Shown: positions 31,594 through 46,106, counted from the stretch's first letter. The stretch is DNA of 64,000 bases from Octopus vulgaris (GCA_951406725.2 OX597816.1:73532001-73596000), one strand, 5' to 3'. Made by a program: numbers and translations. The notes: a model not told the origin generated them from the letters alone.

Positions 31594-32072
31594 CATCAAC
31601 AACAACAACAACAACATCAGCATCATCGTCGTCGTCGTCGCCGTCATCGGCATCATCATCATCATCATCCTCATCATCATCATCATCATCAACAACAACA
31701 ACAACAACAACAACGACAACAACGTCGTCGTCATCATCATCAGTATCATCGTCATCATGATTCAGAACAACAATGGTGATGATAACGTTGGTTTATTTTT
31801 GGCATTAGTACAATGCCACAACAATGCAGTTTCTTCAAGATGATGATGATGATGAAGACGACGATCATGATGTTCACGGTGATGTCAATGAAAGCGGTGG
31901 CGATGATGGTGGTAGTGGTTGTGGCGGTGGTAGTGGCTGTGATGGTAATGGTGATGATGATCACGACGACGATGATGATGATGACGACGATGAAAATAAC
32001 AATAACAGTAATAATAGTATGAATAATAATAATAATAATAATAATAGTAATAATAATAATAATAATAATAAC

Positions 32073-32136
<64 letters not shown>

Positions 32137-32148
32137 ATTATAATAATA

Positions 32149-32190
<42 letters not shown>

Positions 32191-32208
32191 ATGATGATGA
32201 TTATGATG

Positions 32209-32240
<32 letters not shown>

Positions 32241-32817
32241 GATGATAAACAGCAACAACTACAATGGCTATAAAAAAAAAGTCATAAGCAGAACAACATT
32301 TGCATTAGTACAGTGGCGAGAATAATAATAATAATAACAAAAAAATACTTCAAAAAATTAAAATTTATAATATACATATAAAAAAAAATAGTACATTGTC
32401 TATAGAACCAGGAGATGGTGTCGTTTTGTCCTGCTAATGGTTTTAAATGAAGTAAAATATTGCCAAGTAGGTCCTATTTGCCCAAGTTTACCTTGACTAC
32501 AGTGCCTGACTGCACTGCTACTACCCAGCCTTCGTGTCTGTCAGTTTGCCTGTGTCTATCAAACGTCCGCTGTAGGCTGTGGGGCTGTCCGTTCTAAACA
32601 CCACCCCACCGCCAAACTCTTCAAACCGAACGCCTGTTTCACCTGCTCTGTCACTTGCCAGTACCGCCCTTGCCATGCGGCCCGCCTTATCGTTTGGCCC
32701 GTCGTCAAGCTACTTCCTGGTTTCCACGGTTAAGTTCAAAACTCCGTGCTTGCACCTTTCCAAAAAAGACGCGCTCAATGATAATAGTAATAATAAATGA
32801 TAATAACAATAATAATA

Positions 32818-32890
<73 letters not shown>

Positions 32891-32917
32891 GTAATAATGA
32901 CGATGACGATGACGATG

Positions 32918-32949
<32 letters not shown>

Positions 32950-33156
32950 CAGAAGAAGAAGAAGAAGAAGAAGAAGAAGAAGAAGAAGAAGAAGAAGAAG
33001 AAGAAGAAGAAGATGATGATGATGATGATGATGATGATGCAGAAGAAGAAGCTGCTGCTGGTGGTGGTGGTGGTGTTGGTGTTGGTGATTTTGGTGGTGA
33101 TGGTGGTGATTGTGAATATGATGATGGTGGTGGTGGTGGTGGTGATGATGAAAAAA

Positions 33157-33190
<34 letters not shown>

Positions 33191-33210
33191 CGATGATGAT
33201 GATGAAAAAG
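31550..33210. repeat. Trinucleotide fields (ATC/AAC/GAT/AAT/AGT/AAG) flanking a unique island
   Basis: Direct reading; unique segment at 32400-32780. Confidence 0.9.
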
Positions 33211-33877
33211 AAAAAAGATGATGTTTTCTTTATTAACCACTAAGGGTTCACAAAAAATCATTAGGGATTGTACAAGACGATAATAGTAACAATCATCATA
33301 ATAGCAATAAAAATAAGAACAGGAACAACAACAACATTAATAATAAGGTATTATATATGTAAAACAAAAATGAAATAAAATAAATTAAACGCCCATTGAC
33401 CAATGAAGTATAAACAGAAGGATAGTGGCGGCGGCGACGGCGGTGGTGGTAGGGGCAAGGGAACCGCAAGCGCTGGACGACGGTAGGGGTAGGGGTAATG
33501 GGTGAAAGGTGTTGGGATCGACGAACCAATGAGACTTTGCACTGTTTTGTCTTTCCGTTTCGCATCAGTGGAAATTTCGACATGGTTAACTGAGAATTGC
33601 ATCCGTAGCAACGCCTTCCCCCTCTACCAACACCAGTAGCAACCACCGCCCCCCCACCCCACCCACCCACTATCGCCGCGATCGCCACCGCACACTACTA
33701 CCGCAGCCACCCTAACTTTGCAAACACCCTGAACAAATAAGAAAAGTCACATAAACCATATAATATAATGCGTAGAAAACCATGAATGCTAACAAAAGTT
33801 GAATAAGGGTATCCACCCCTAGATGTCCTCTCTTCGTTCGTGCATTTAACCATTTATGCATTTCGCTCCTGAAGCAA

Positions 33878-33988
<111 letters not shown>

Positions 33989-34385
33989 CTTTTCTACTGG
34001 TAGCACCAGGCCTAATATTTGGGGGAAGGGATTAAGTCGATTACATCGACTCCAGTGCGTAACTGGTACTAATTTTATCGAGACCGAAAGGATGAAAGGC
34101 AAAGTTGACCTCGGGGGAATTTGAACTCAGAACGTAGCGGCAGATAAAATACATATTTCTTTACTACCCACAAGGGGCGAAACACTGAGAGGACAAACAA
34201 GGACAGACAAACGGATTAAGTCGAATATATCGACCCCAGTACGTAACTGGTACTTATTTAATCGACCTCGAAAGGATGAAAGGCAAAGTCGACCTCGGCG
34301 GAATTTGAACTCAGAACGTAGCGGCAGACGAAATACGGCTACGCATTTCGCCCTGCGTGCTAACGTTTCTGCCAGCTCGCCGTCT

Positions 34386-34386
<1 letters not shown>
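33989..34386 (-). mobile_element. Dimeric SINE family A with (ATT)n tail
   Basis: Reverse complement of the 25233 copy; tail is the (AAT)n array at 33878-33988. Confidence 0.9.
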
Positions 34387-34455
<69 letters not shown>

Positions 34456-34540
34456 CAACAACAACAACAGCAGCAGCAGCAGCAGCAACAACAACAGCAA
34501 CAATGATTTCTTTATTTTAATAATAATAATGATGATAATG

Positions 34541-34612
<72 letters not shown>

Positions 34613-34666
34613 GTATTAAAAATAATAATAATAATGATAATGATGATGATGATGATGATGATGATG

Positions 34667-34732
<66 letters not shown>

Positions 34733-34734
<2 letters not shown>

Positions 34735-35208
34735 CAGAAGAGGCATCTTCCAAGGGGACTGCGTATCTTTCTTCACTCATATTTGTACTGTGCATGATAC
34801 CACTAACACTGATTTTGAGGAAACAAGGGCTGGGTATGTACTCATGAGCCGCTAACAAAAAGTCAACCACTTGTTATTCATGGATGACCTCAAACTTTAT
34901 GGTAAAGATGAAGCCCAAGTCAGTTCCCTCGTTGATACCGTGTATACTTTCAGTGCTAATATCAGAATGGAGCTCGGACTGAAAAAGTGTGGTGTGTTAG
35001 TCTTGAAGAGAGACAAAATCAAATATATGGACGGGCTAACGATACCGTCTGGGAACGTTATGAAGCAGATAAAAGAGACGAGCTATAAGTACTTGGGGAT
35101 ACTGGAAATTGATGAACTGATGGAGAAAGAAATGACAGAAAAATTCAAGGTGGAGTACGTGCGCAGACTGAGACTGATCCTTAAGTCGAAATTAAACGGA
35201 CGAAATAG
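34733..35208 (+). mobile_element. R4/Dong-like non-LTR retrotransposon, reverse transcriptase fragment (frameshifts and stop)
   Basis: RRGIFQGD, LIFVLCMIPLTLILRK, KVNHLLFMDDLKLYGK, GLKKCGVL, YKYLGILE, LKSKLNGRN motifs; starts immediately after (AAT)n. Confidence 0.9.
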
Positions 35209-35521
35209 ATATGGAGTTTAAATCCTATTGAAGTTGACTTTACCTTTCTTCTTTTCGAGATTGATAAAATGTGTACCAGTTGAGCACTGGAATCGATTTA
35301 CTCTTCCCTTAAATTTCTGGGATTCACAAACTCTTCCCTCAAATATCTGGCCTTCTACCTATGTTAAAAATAATCATTATAGCGGTGAAGTTGCAGCCTT
35401 GTTAAAGCGTCAAGCAAAGACTCTTTATGATCAAAACCTGCTGAGGTCCAATTTTGTCGTCCTTCGGGGTGATAAATAAAGAACTGGTAAAGTAGTGTTG
35501 TTGAAATAATTGGTCTAGTGC

Positions 35522-35730
35522 CTATATTGGTTTCAGATTTTGGCAGAAGGCTAGTAATTTCTGGACAGGAGATAAATCGCTTACATCAATCCCAATGCTC
35601 AACTGATACTTATTTTATTGATCCAAAAATTATGAAAGGCAAAGTCGACCTTGGCGGAATTTGAAATCAGATCGTAAAGACGGTCGAAATGCTGCTCAGC
35701 ATTTTTCCAGGCGTGCTAACGATTCTGCCT
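35522..35730 (-). mobile_element. Decayed SINE family A monomer
   Basis: atgaaaggcaaagtcgaccttggcggaatttgaa...gctaacgattctgcc. Confidence 0.75.
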
Positions 35731-36040
35731 TGTCTTGAGGCTACATTAGAAATCGTTGTAAGTCCGTTGTGAATATCGTCCAGCTGCCGTCTTCTGAATG
35801 AGAAGGATAGGCAGTGTTTATTTATCAGGTGGTCTTAGCGAAAAACGTTGTATTGTGGCCCAGAATGAAAGGGCAGAAGACAGACACCTTCATCTTTTGT
35901 CAGGACCTCATTAACATTTTCAAGTTTCACTTGAAAACGAGAGTGAGGGTGGATAGATAAGTGTTGCCTTTTAGTAAACTTGTAAATGAGAGTGATAAGT
36001 GTATTACATGGCTCGTACATTGAAGGAGAACTACAGACAG

Positions 36041-36212
36041 AAGGTACTTACTTTAGAGTAACTGTGGGTACACGGTGGTTTTGTGGGGTTTTCAATTGTA
36101 ACCTTCGGATGCCTTCCTCTCTTGTCTGAGGCATTCCGCTCAGTACCTTCTGATACTATCCGCAAGACCCCAACAATAACTAACACTATCTTCACCTTCA
36201 TTTCCCATATCC
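36041..36212 (-). mobile_element. Highly decayed RLE-retrotransposon C-terminal fragment
   Basis: Minus-strand IWEMKVKIVLVIVGVL resembles the (L/M)W..K....P.IV.ALG segment of the 47547 and 51255 elements; 5' end abuts (AAT)n. Confidence 0.5.
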
Positions 36213-36246
36213 ATTATTATCATTATTATTATTATTATCATTATTA

Positions 36247-36301
<55 letters not shown>

Positions 36302-36318
36302 CATTATTATTATTATTA

Positions 36319-36377
<59 letters not shown>

Positions 36378-36413
36378 GTTATTATTATTGTTATTAATAT
36401 TATTATTATTATT

Positions 36414-36445
<32 letters not shown>

Positions 36446-36446
36446 T

Positions 36447-36737
36447 AAAAAGAGCGCGATGCGATTTGTAAAATTGTTTATTTAACGGTTTGAACGATAT
36501 TTCGATAGATACTCTTCTTCGGGTTCGAAATGGAAAATGAAAATGACTGCAAAAAAAAAAAAAACAGAAATTTAATATATAAACGAAGAAATCTTGCGTT
36601 CCTACCTGGATAAAACAGTTTGCAATTTTGCAACTGGTAAAAAGAAAAGAAAAGAAAAAACAGAAAGCCGACGATCGGTCGAAATATCGTTGAAACCTTT
36701 AAATAAACAATATGTTACAAATTGCATTGTGCTTTTC
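36447..36737. mobile_element. Inverted-repeat (pLTR-like) element with a minimal hammerhead on the minus strand (36492-36526)
   Basis: ~58-bp diverged inverted arms 36447-36505 and 36679-36737; GAAC-CCGAAGA-AGAGUAUCUAUC-GAAA-UA-UC/GUUC. Confidence 0.55.
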
Positions 36738-36805
36738 TTATTGTCTGTTGTTGTTGTTGTTGTTTTGCCTCTCAGAGCGCTCGATCGTGTTTGTTCCAGT
36801 AGAGC

Positions 36806-37176
36806 CTTTTCTACTCTGGGCACAAGGCCCGAAATTTTGGAGGAGGGGTCTAGTCGGTTAGATCGACCTCAGTACGCAACTGGTACTTAATTTATCGAAA
36901 GGATGAAAGGCAAAGTCGACCTCGGCGGAATTTGAACTTAGAACGTAGCGGCAGAGGAAATACCTATTTCTTTACAACCAACAAGGAGCTAAACACAGAA
37001 GGGACAAACAAGGACGGACAAACGGATTAAGTCGATTATTACGACCCCAGTGCGTAACTGGTACTTATTTAATCGACCCCGAAAGGATGAAAGGCAAAGT
37101 CAACCTCGGTGAAATTTGAACTCAGAACGTAGCGGCAGACGAAATACCGCTAAGCATTTCGCCCGGCATGCTAACG
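36806..37176 (-). mobile_element. Dimeric SINE family A
   Basis: Two ggatgaaaggcaaagtc...tttgaact units. Confidence 0.88.
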
Positions 37177-37500
37177 AAGATGTGTTGAGAGGAGTTCTTT
37201 AGGGTTTGAAAAAATCACCTCTGGAAACACAGGTGTTCTGTTCATCATCCTTAAACAAACCTTATTCAGGGACCTTTTGAGCGTGATGGTTTACTCGACC
37301 TGAAGAAAATTCTAACTGGGCCCCACCTGCAAAGTCATACGCTGTTTATCTTGATATGACATCACCATGTCATACACATATGTTTGTGTTGCATGTACCT
37401 GGTGTACCCTTATCAAACGGGTAGTCATGATGGGTATACTGGGCTTCATATATTTGTTCCCCTGTGTCACTTTGATGGCAAGCACTGCTCTCTCACTCAG
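37177..37500 (+). mobile_element. Probable LINE 3' end/UTR terminating in (TAA)n (family E)
   Basis: Second copy at 57077-57232 (cctctggaaaca...ccttaaacaaacc...aaaattctaactggg); ends ctctcactcag(taa)n. Confidence 0.55.
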
Positions 37501-37610
37501 TAATAATAATAAAGGAAAAAGAGGAAAGAAAGAAAAAGGAAGAAAAAGAAAAAAGAGGATACAAAAAGGGGGAAAAGGAAGAGAAGAAAAAAGAAAAATT
37601 ATTATTATTA

Positions 37611-37664
<54 letters not shown>

Positions 37665-37665
<1 letters not shown>

Positions 37666-37863
37666 TTTTTTTTCTTCTTTCAAATTTGCTTCCATTTCTT
37701 GCCGAGTGTCTTCCCGACTCCTAGGGCAAAGAAACTCATAGTATACATTGGTAGGCCATTAAACCAAACTCAATAGTTCGTTCATTTTTTTTAATTTTTT
37801 TTTTTAAGTCCAATTAAAATACATTAGCAGCAACAGTTCTCACATCGACAATGCTCTTCTCAT
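37665..37863 (-). mobile_element. Extreme 3' fragment of an R4/Dong-like element
   Basis: Minus strand (AAT)n-RRALSM-stop plus UTR, then (AAT)n; compare RRTLSIQ-stop of the 51255 element. Confidence 0.5.
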
Positions 37864-37916
37864 TATTATTATTATTATTATTATCATTATTATTATTATT
37901 ATTATTAATATCATTA

Positions 37917-37971
<55 letters not shown>

Positions 37972-37980
37972 CATCATCAC

Positions 37981-38058
<78 letters not shown>

Positions 38059-38130
38059 TATTATTATTAATATCATTATTATTATTGTCATTATTATTAT
38101 TATTATCATTATTATCATTATTATTATTAT

Positions 38131-38340
38131 AAAGGCAGCGGGAATCGTTAGCACGTTGGACAAAATGTTTAGGGGTATTTCATCTGTCTTTACGTTCTGA
38201 TTTAAAATTCTGCCGAGGTTGATTTTTGCCTTTTATCCTTCGCAGTCGATAAAATAAGTACCAGTAGAATACTGGGGTCGGCATAATCGATTTACTCTCT
38301 CCCCTCCAACTTGCTAGCCTTTTGCCAAAATTTTAGGCAT
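38131..38340 (+). mobile_element. Decayed SINE family A monomer
   Basis: gaatcgttagcacg...ttacgttctga...gtcgataaaataagtaccag. Confidence 0.75.
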
Positions 38341-38349
38341 TATTTTTGT

Positions 38350-38808
38350 TATTGTTCTTGTTCTTGTTCTTGTTCTTCTTTTTCTTCTTGTTCTTCTTGT
38401 TCTTCTTGTTCTTCTTGTTCTTGTTCTTGTTCTTCTTCTTGTTCTTCTTCTTCTTCTTGTTCTTGTTCTTCTTGTTCTTCTTCTTGTTCTTCTTCTTCTT
38501 CTCTTCTTCTTCTTCTTCTGTTTCTTCATCATCATCATCATCATCATCATCTTATTCTCCTCCTCCTTCTTCTTCTTCTTCTTCTTCTTCTTCTTCTTCT
38601 CCTCTTCCTCCTTTTCCTTCCTCTTCTTCTTCTGTTTCTTCTTCTTTTTCTGCTTCTTTTTCTTCTTCTTCATCGTCATCTTCTTCTTGTTCTTACTCTC
38701 CTCCTCCTTCTCCTTCTTCCTCCTCTTCTTCTTCTTCTTCTTCTTCTTCTTCTTCTTCTTCTCCTTCTTCTTCTTCTTCTTCTTCTTCTTCTTCTTCTCC
38801 TTCTTCTA
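38350..38808. repeat. (TTC)n-dominated polypyrimidine tract
   Basis: Direct reading. Confidence 0.95.
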
Positions 38809-39159
38809 TTTACACCTTTGGCGAAAGCGTTTACGAGGAGGACGAGGTTGTGAGGATTGAGCTATTATACCTTTCTTCTCCCAAGCCCTAATCGACTTTT
38901 CCATGTTCTACTTTCAAGACAGGCGAAGGTGCCGAAAGAAGTACGCTCACTCCCTTCAACGAATTTGTCAAAAGATCGAGCAGTGTTGTGAAAATAGCCA
39001 GAATGGCTGGTACTATTCCGAGCGTATTGTCTGTAAAGTAAAGAACAGCTGCGCGTGGACATGCGCCCTAGCTGGGTGGGGTGATTCTCGATCGCTTGTG
39101 TTCGTCGATTGGCCCTAGCTTTAGGCTCATCTATATCAGAAAGGCTGCTTCAGTCATGT

Positions 39160-39593
39160 TCTTTTACTTGTTTCAGTCATTTGACTGCGGCCATGTTGGA
39201 GCACCGCCTTTAGTCGAACAAATCGACCCCAGGACTCATTCGTTGTAAGCCTAGTACTTATTCTATTGCGCACTTTTGCCGAACCGCTAAGTTACGGGGA
39301 CGTAAACACACCAACACCAGTTGTCAAGCGATGGCGGAGGGACAAACACAGACACACACACACAAATATATATATATTTATATATACATATTTATATATA
39401 TATATATATAGATAGATAGATAGATACGACGGGCTTCTTTCAGTTACCGTCTACTAAATCCATTAACAAAGCTTTGGCCGGCTCGAGGCTATAGTAGAAG
39501 ACACTTGCCCAAGGTGCCACGCAGTAGGACTGAACCCTGACTGAATCCATGTGGTTGGGAAGCAAGCTTCTTACCACACAGCCACCCCTGCGA
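39160..39593 (-). mobile_element. tRNA-derived SINE family B, full length
   Basis: Collinear with 26212-26603. Confidence 0.9.
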
Positions 39594-39784
39594 CCATGTG
39601 TCTACATATTTTGTATACGATGTCTCCTTTTCATCCCATCTCACCATTTCCACCCATTTTGCCATCGTCTTCTTTATGTAAGCCTCAATTCAAAATGTTT
39701 ATCTGTCCTTGTAATGCCCTCCTAACCAGACGCTCCCGCAGCAATAAATCATCATCATCTTACTCATCCTCATCGTTATTATTA

Positions 39785-40110
39785 GTAAACTGGCACTTCG
39801 TCGGTAACGACGACGAGTGTTCCAGTTGATCCGATCATAGGAGCAGTTTACTCATGAAATTGACGTGCAAGTGGATGAGCACTCCAGACACGCGCCTACC
39901 CTTAAAGTAATTCTCAGGGTGAACGTGCGTGACACAGAATGTGACTAGGCTGGCTCCTTTCAATTACAAGTACTATATATGTTTGCCAGCTGAATGGAAT
40001 AGAACAACGTGAAATAAAGTGTCTTGCTCAAATACAAAACGCCCCGCCAGGAATTGAACTCACGATTTCACGATAGTGCGCTGAACACCTTAACACCTAA
40101 GCCATGCGCG
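39785..40110 (-). mobile_element. Older SINE related to family C
   Basis: caacgtgaaataaagtgtcttgctcaa...agccatgcgc head shared with family C; body matches the 25725 copy. Confidence 0.65.
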
Positions 40111-41471
40111 TTTACCCATCATCATTATCATAAAATCGTTATATAGCAGAATCGCTAGAGCGGAGAACAAAATGCCACGCAGTATTTAGTAACAAGTCTT
40201 TCACTTCCGGCTTCAAATCTCACCAAATCCTATTTTAGGGTCGATAAAATAAAGTACCGGTCAAATACTAGGCATGTTAAAAAAAACAGCATAAATCTCT
40301 TTTTTTTTCAAACAGCGCGTGACCTCCTACCCCCGTGGCTTACTTCAAAATCATTCGAACTTCCAATTTTTTGTACTTCAACTATACAATTTCCTTCTTC
40401 CGTTGCCCTTGTGTTTATCATAGAAATCATTATTATCAGTTGCAACAACAGCAGTGGTGGTAGTAGTAGTAGTAGTAGTTTTTTGTTGCTGTTGTAACAG
40501 CAATTGTGAGGAATCATGCAAGCAGGGAGCGTGACGTACTTACATATTTTATCGCTAATTATCATTTGATCATTCGTTCCGCGTGAGCTTCAGACAATTG
40601 CATCGCAGCCATTTTGTTACGTTTTTTATTATTATTATTATTATTTTTTCGATTTCTTTTCTTTACTATTTTCTTTTTTATGGTGAAGGGATAGAAGCGA
40701 ACAGGGTGGGGGTTATATTTCTCTAGTATTTTTTAAAGTTCTCTTTTTATATTTATTTCATCATTGTTTTTATTTTCGACCTCTGTATAGACACACTTCT
40801 CTCTTCGCCCCTCTCTATCTTCCTCTTTCTCTCTCTCTCTCTCTCTCTGTTTCTTTCTTCTTTTCTCTCCCTCTCTCTGCTCCCTTTCACATCCTCTCTC
40901 CATCTATATATATGTGTATCTATCCCTCCCTCTCTCTCTTTCTCTTTCATTCACTCTCTTCTTCTCTTCTGTATCTCCCAATTTCTTCCTCTCCCCCTCC
41001 ACTTTCTCTCGTCCTCTCCCTCTCTCTCTCTATCTCTCCCTCTCTCTTTTCTATCTATCTCTCCCACTTTCAATACATCTAACTAACTTTTTAACTTTTC
41101 TTTCTCTCCTTCCTCTCTTTTCCTTCTTCCTCCCACCATCTTCCGACAAAACTTTCAATTCTTTGTTTTGAATCCAAACAAACGACATTTAGTTTATTCT
41201 GTTTTTTCCCTTCTTCAATTCCTTCTTTAAATCACTCTTCTTCAAAACTAAATTGTTGTTTTTCTTTTTATTTAAATTTAAATCACGAATCTTACATTTA
41301 TTATTTATTTTATTTTTTCTCTATTATTCCTTTCTGTTAATTTTTTAAATTATTATTCTACTAATTTTGCGCATTTGATTTATCGAGAGGTTACCTTTTA
41401 CCACTCGCACAGCAGTGAGCACTCACTCGCATATACACACAAAATAGACACAAATACGCAAGAACAGCAAA

Positions 41472-41600
41472 CAGTAATCCCTCGCCACATTGCGGTTCAC
41501 CTATCGCGGTTCACCCATCGCGGTTTATTATTTAAGCTTACGTCGAGTCCTCCGTGGTGTTGTCTTGCATTTACAATAAAATAAATATATACTAATTATA
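41472..41600 (+). mobile_element. Tigger/pogo-like transposon terminus
   Basis: CAGTAATCCCTCGC...gcggttcac subterminal repeats typical of Tigger TIRs. Confidence 0.45.
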
Positions 41601-41656
41601 AAAATAATAAGTGCTTAGAGCCTCTACGGGCTTTAATTCGGCCCTAGCTATATCTG

Positions 41657-42340
41657 CGAGGGGTACCCAAAAGTTCTCTGTTGTGGTTCAGGCTTCCGCC
41701 GCTAGACGGCACTTGATGCGACCCTCAGGCACCAGTTTGCTGACTGGCATCGTCGAGTAATGACGTACTGCCTCGTGGTGCGTCTCTCCTGTTCGTCGAT
41801 TTTGCGAAGGCTGAAGTGAAGGAGCAGCATACTGCTATGGAATTGTTTTCTGCTGCCGAAAACGGCAACCAGAACAATTGCCATGCTTCATACAGCTTAC
41901 AAGCCGCTTCCATAAACAAAACATAAGTTTACGAGTGATTTTCACGCTTTAAGCGTGGTCACTTGATTGGTGTGTCCTGGGGATACTGCCAACGAATTTT
42001 AGGCGAGGAATTGCGAATGAAAAGAGTCGCAGAAAATTTGTGCCTCGCTTGCTCGCGGAAGATCAAAAGCAGTCGCGAGTGAATGCGTGTAGTGAACTGA
42101 GAAAAAAAAAACAGATGGAAGTTGATCCGAACCTTTTTTCGAAGATCACCACTGGTGACGAAAGCTGGTGCTACGGAATTTGCAGGCGTTAAAAGACATC
42201 ACTTCGCAAGAGTTCCAGGACTGCTTCGAACAGTGGAAATGCGTCTGGACCGATACATTGCTTCAAATGGAGAATACTTTAAAGGCGATAAAAGGGTAAA
42301 TATGTAAAACTAAGTGACTGAAATAATACTGCAAAATTCC
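41657..42340 (+). pseudogene. Internally deleted mariner transposon
   Basis: TIR-like cgaggggtacccaaaagtt; frameshifted peptides CQRILGEELRMKRVA..KFVPRLL, TGDESWCY, LDRYIASNGEYFKGD. Confidence 0.75.
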
Positions 42341-42592
42341 TCGTTGTACGTGTCAGTATGGATCCCGTAGATGTCTGTTTTCGATCGTCTTTTAGCGTAT
42401 TTTGCGTTCTTCAGTTATCGATATCCTATTTGCTTGGAATACTTCTCTTGTCTGGTTTGTTTCATAATTTCTGTGGTCTTTCGCGCATATATTTTAACGG
42501 ATCTGGATCAATGTAATAGATTGCTGTGGGCGGCGGTTTATTTAGAAAATTGAGGTTAGAAGAATTATTGCGTTGGACATTAGGTAGCACAC

Positions 42593-42624
<32 letters not shown>

Positions 42625-42699
42625 GCGCGCGTGTATGTATGTATTTATGTATGTAATTATATTCACATAGAGTATTAATGTTAGCTGTTGACCTCAACG

Positions 42700-42933
<234 letters not shown>

Positions 42934-43067
42934 GAATTTCTATCAATAGTTCTCACTTTTTTTTGTCCATGGAACCCTTTTATTTCTATTTACTCGGGTG
43001 TACTTATTCTTAGGGCAAGTTTCGAAGAGTGCAGTTCGATTTTAACTGTTATTTTTTCAAAGCTGTA

Positions 43068-43785
43068 ATGGAAGTGACAAAGGAGCATATTCAGCATATT
43101 TTGCTTTATGAGTTCAGTGAAGGCAACAACGCAACGGAAAGTGCGAGAAATATTATTGCAGTGTATGGGGATCGGACAATAAGCGTAAGCCAGTGTTAAC
43201 AGTATTTCCAGAAATTCCGAGCCAGAAACTACAGCCTAGAAGATGAGCCACGTCCTGGAAGATCTGTAGAGTTCTATGAGGACGCCCTGCTAACCCTGGT
43301 GGAACAAAATCCCATCGTAACTGTTGAGAAACTCGCAGAGAAGCTTGGATTTGGTCATTAAACCATTCGTCGACACCTGCGTGCCACCGAAAAAGTCAGC
43401 AAATTAGGTTAATGGGTTCCTCACAAATTTTCCGAGTCTAATCGCGCGCAGAGAGTGAATGTGGGCTCTTCTTTGCTGTCACGTCTCACGAATGAACCTC
43501 TTATGGACGGAATAGTGACTGGTGACGAGAAATGGGTTCCCTATAAAAAATGTCAAGCTCCGAAGACAGTGGGTAGGGAAAGGAGAAACACTGGCGCCCC
43601 AGGCTAAAGAAGGTCTTCACTCACGCAAGGTGTTGTTATCTGTTTGGTGGGATATGAAAGGTTTAGTCCACTTTGAACTTTTAAACCCAAACCAAACAAA
43701 GACCTACGGCAAGCAGCTTGAGTGGCTCAAGTCAGCGCTAGAAAAAAAACCGACCATCTTTGGTTTCAAGACGAAAGGTATCCTT
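43068..43785 (+). pseudogene. Mariner (SETMAR/Hsmar-like) transposase pseudogene, 3' truncated
   Basis: MEVTKEHIQHILLYEF.., SLEDEPRPGR, WVPHK, IVTGDEKWV, KVLLSVWWDMKGLVHFELL, with stops and frameshifts. Confidence 0.9.
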
Positions 43786-43790
43786 TCGTT

Positions 43791-44375
43791 AAAATTGCCG
43801 TACAAAGTTTTCAGTCACCTCACATAAACCAATCTAGATACAGAGTTTTAAGACAGAAAAATGTTTATAATGAAAATTCATTACATAACATTCATTTCAA
43901 GAAGTTACTGAACATTGTTAATATTTCGCGTGGCTTCCCTTAGCTTGAATAATTGCTCCAATGCGCCTGGGAAGAGATGCGTACAAATCCTTCACCATCT
44001 TCATAGGTTTGAGATGCTATTCTCTGTGGCTGAGCTCCTACAACTCTTCAAGATTGTGTAGATTCTTCTGACGAACTCTTCTCTTTAGTTCTGTCCACAT
44101 TTGCTCAATGATATTTAAGTCATGGCTCTGAGCTGGCCAATCTTTCAACACAGTAACACCTACATCAACCAGACTCTGTTGTGTTGCATGCGATCTGTGG
44201 GATAGAGCGCCATCATGCTGAAAAGTTTCACCTTCATCCAAGTCTGGTATCAAATTGTTCTTCAGCAACTGGATGTATTTAGCACTACTCAATTTACCGG
44301 TAATTTTAACCAACTTTCTTTAACCATTACTTTTTATGTATCCCCAAAGCATCAGACAGACTCTTACCCACAAAA
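43791..44375 (-). pseudogene. Tc1-family DDE transposase 3' half with right TIR
   Basis: FQHDGALSHRS and WPAQSHDLNIIEQMWTELKRRV (Tc1 motifs); TIR-like tgccgtacaaagttttcagtcacc. Confidence 0.85.
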
Positions 44376-45252
44376 GTAAATGTTTCGTCAAGTAACGTGG
44401 GTCGTTTCGCTTTCTAATAATCAATGGAACGGGAATAGATTAAAGTGGTGGGTCTCATTCCCAGGCTCGGCAGCTTGTTGGATTCTTGAGCAAGGCACTT
44501 CATTTTACTTTGCTACAATCTGTGCACCTGAAAACAAATACCAACAACAGCAGCATCCGTAACAGCAACTGCAGCACACGCAGCATGGATTTTACTTTGT
44601 TCCAGCCTGCGTACCACAACAGCGGCAGCAGTCTGGGTTTCGTATCGTAATGCACTCACGTCCTGTTCAACGATGAAGCGAGTCTTGCACATTTGCCTGC
44701 TTAAATGTTTCGTTGACCGGGATAACCTCTAGTCTAATTAGCCTGTAAGCCCGTGGCAGATTTAATGAAAAAGGTTGAATGAAAGAATAAGGGAATAAAA
44801 GAACGAAATAAGAAATGGAAGAACAGCTTCGTTACTTTCTATTTACCGGACGTTGTTGATCGTAATTTCTTCAGAGCGGAACTAATCTCCATTTGCTTGT
44901 CACTAGGTAGGCTTTGTAAAGCTAAAATGGAGACTGCAAAAAAAAAAATAATAAATAAAACGGATGTTATCAGGTTTTGGTCGTCATGCCGTTAGTGACA
45001 TGGGCTGAGTGAAATCACTTCGGCCGAAAGGGAAAGTAGATCACGGACCGAAGTCGGCGGAACTTTGGCGTTCCACACCATGGCATCCCGGCACGAATAA
45101 ATTCACTTGGATTGTAGTCATTATATAAGAAACTTAACTAAACACAAAAACACGAACATAGCCATACGCACATGAATATAGACAAACGAACACAAACAAT
45201 TATGTGTGTGTGTGTGCCCGCACACACATACATATGTATGTATATATATATA

Positions 45253-46008
<756 letters not shown>

Positions 46009-46040
46009 ATATATGTATATACATATATGAACGTATACAC

Positions 46041-46071
<31 letters not shown>

Positions 46072-46106
46072 TGTATGTATGTATGTATGTATGTATGTAT
46101 GTATGT

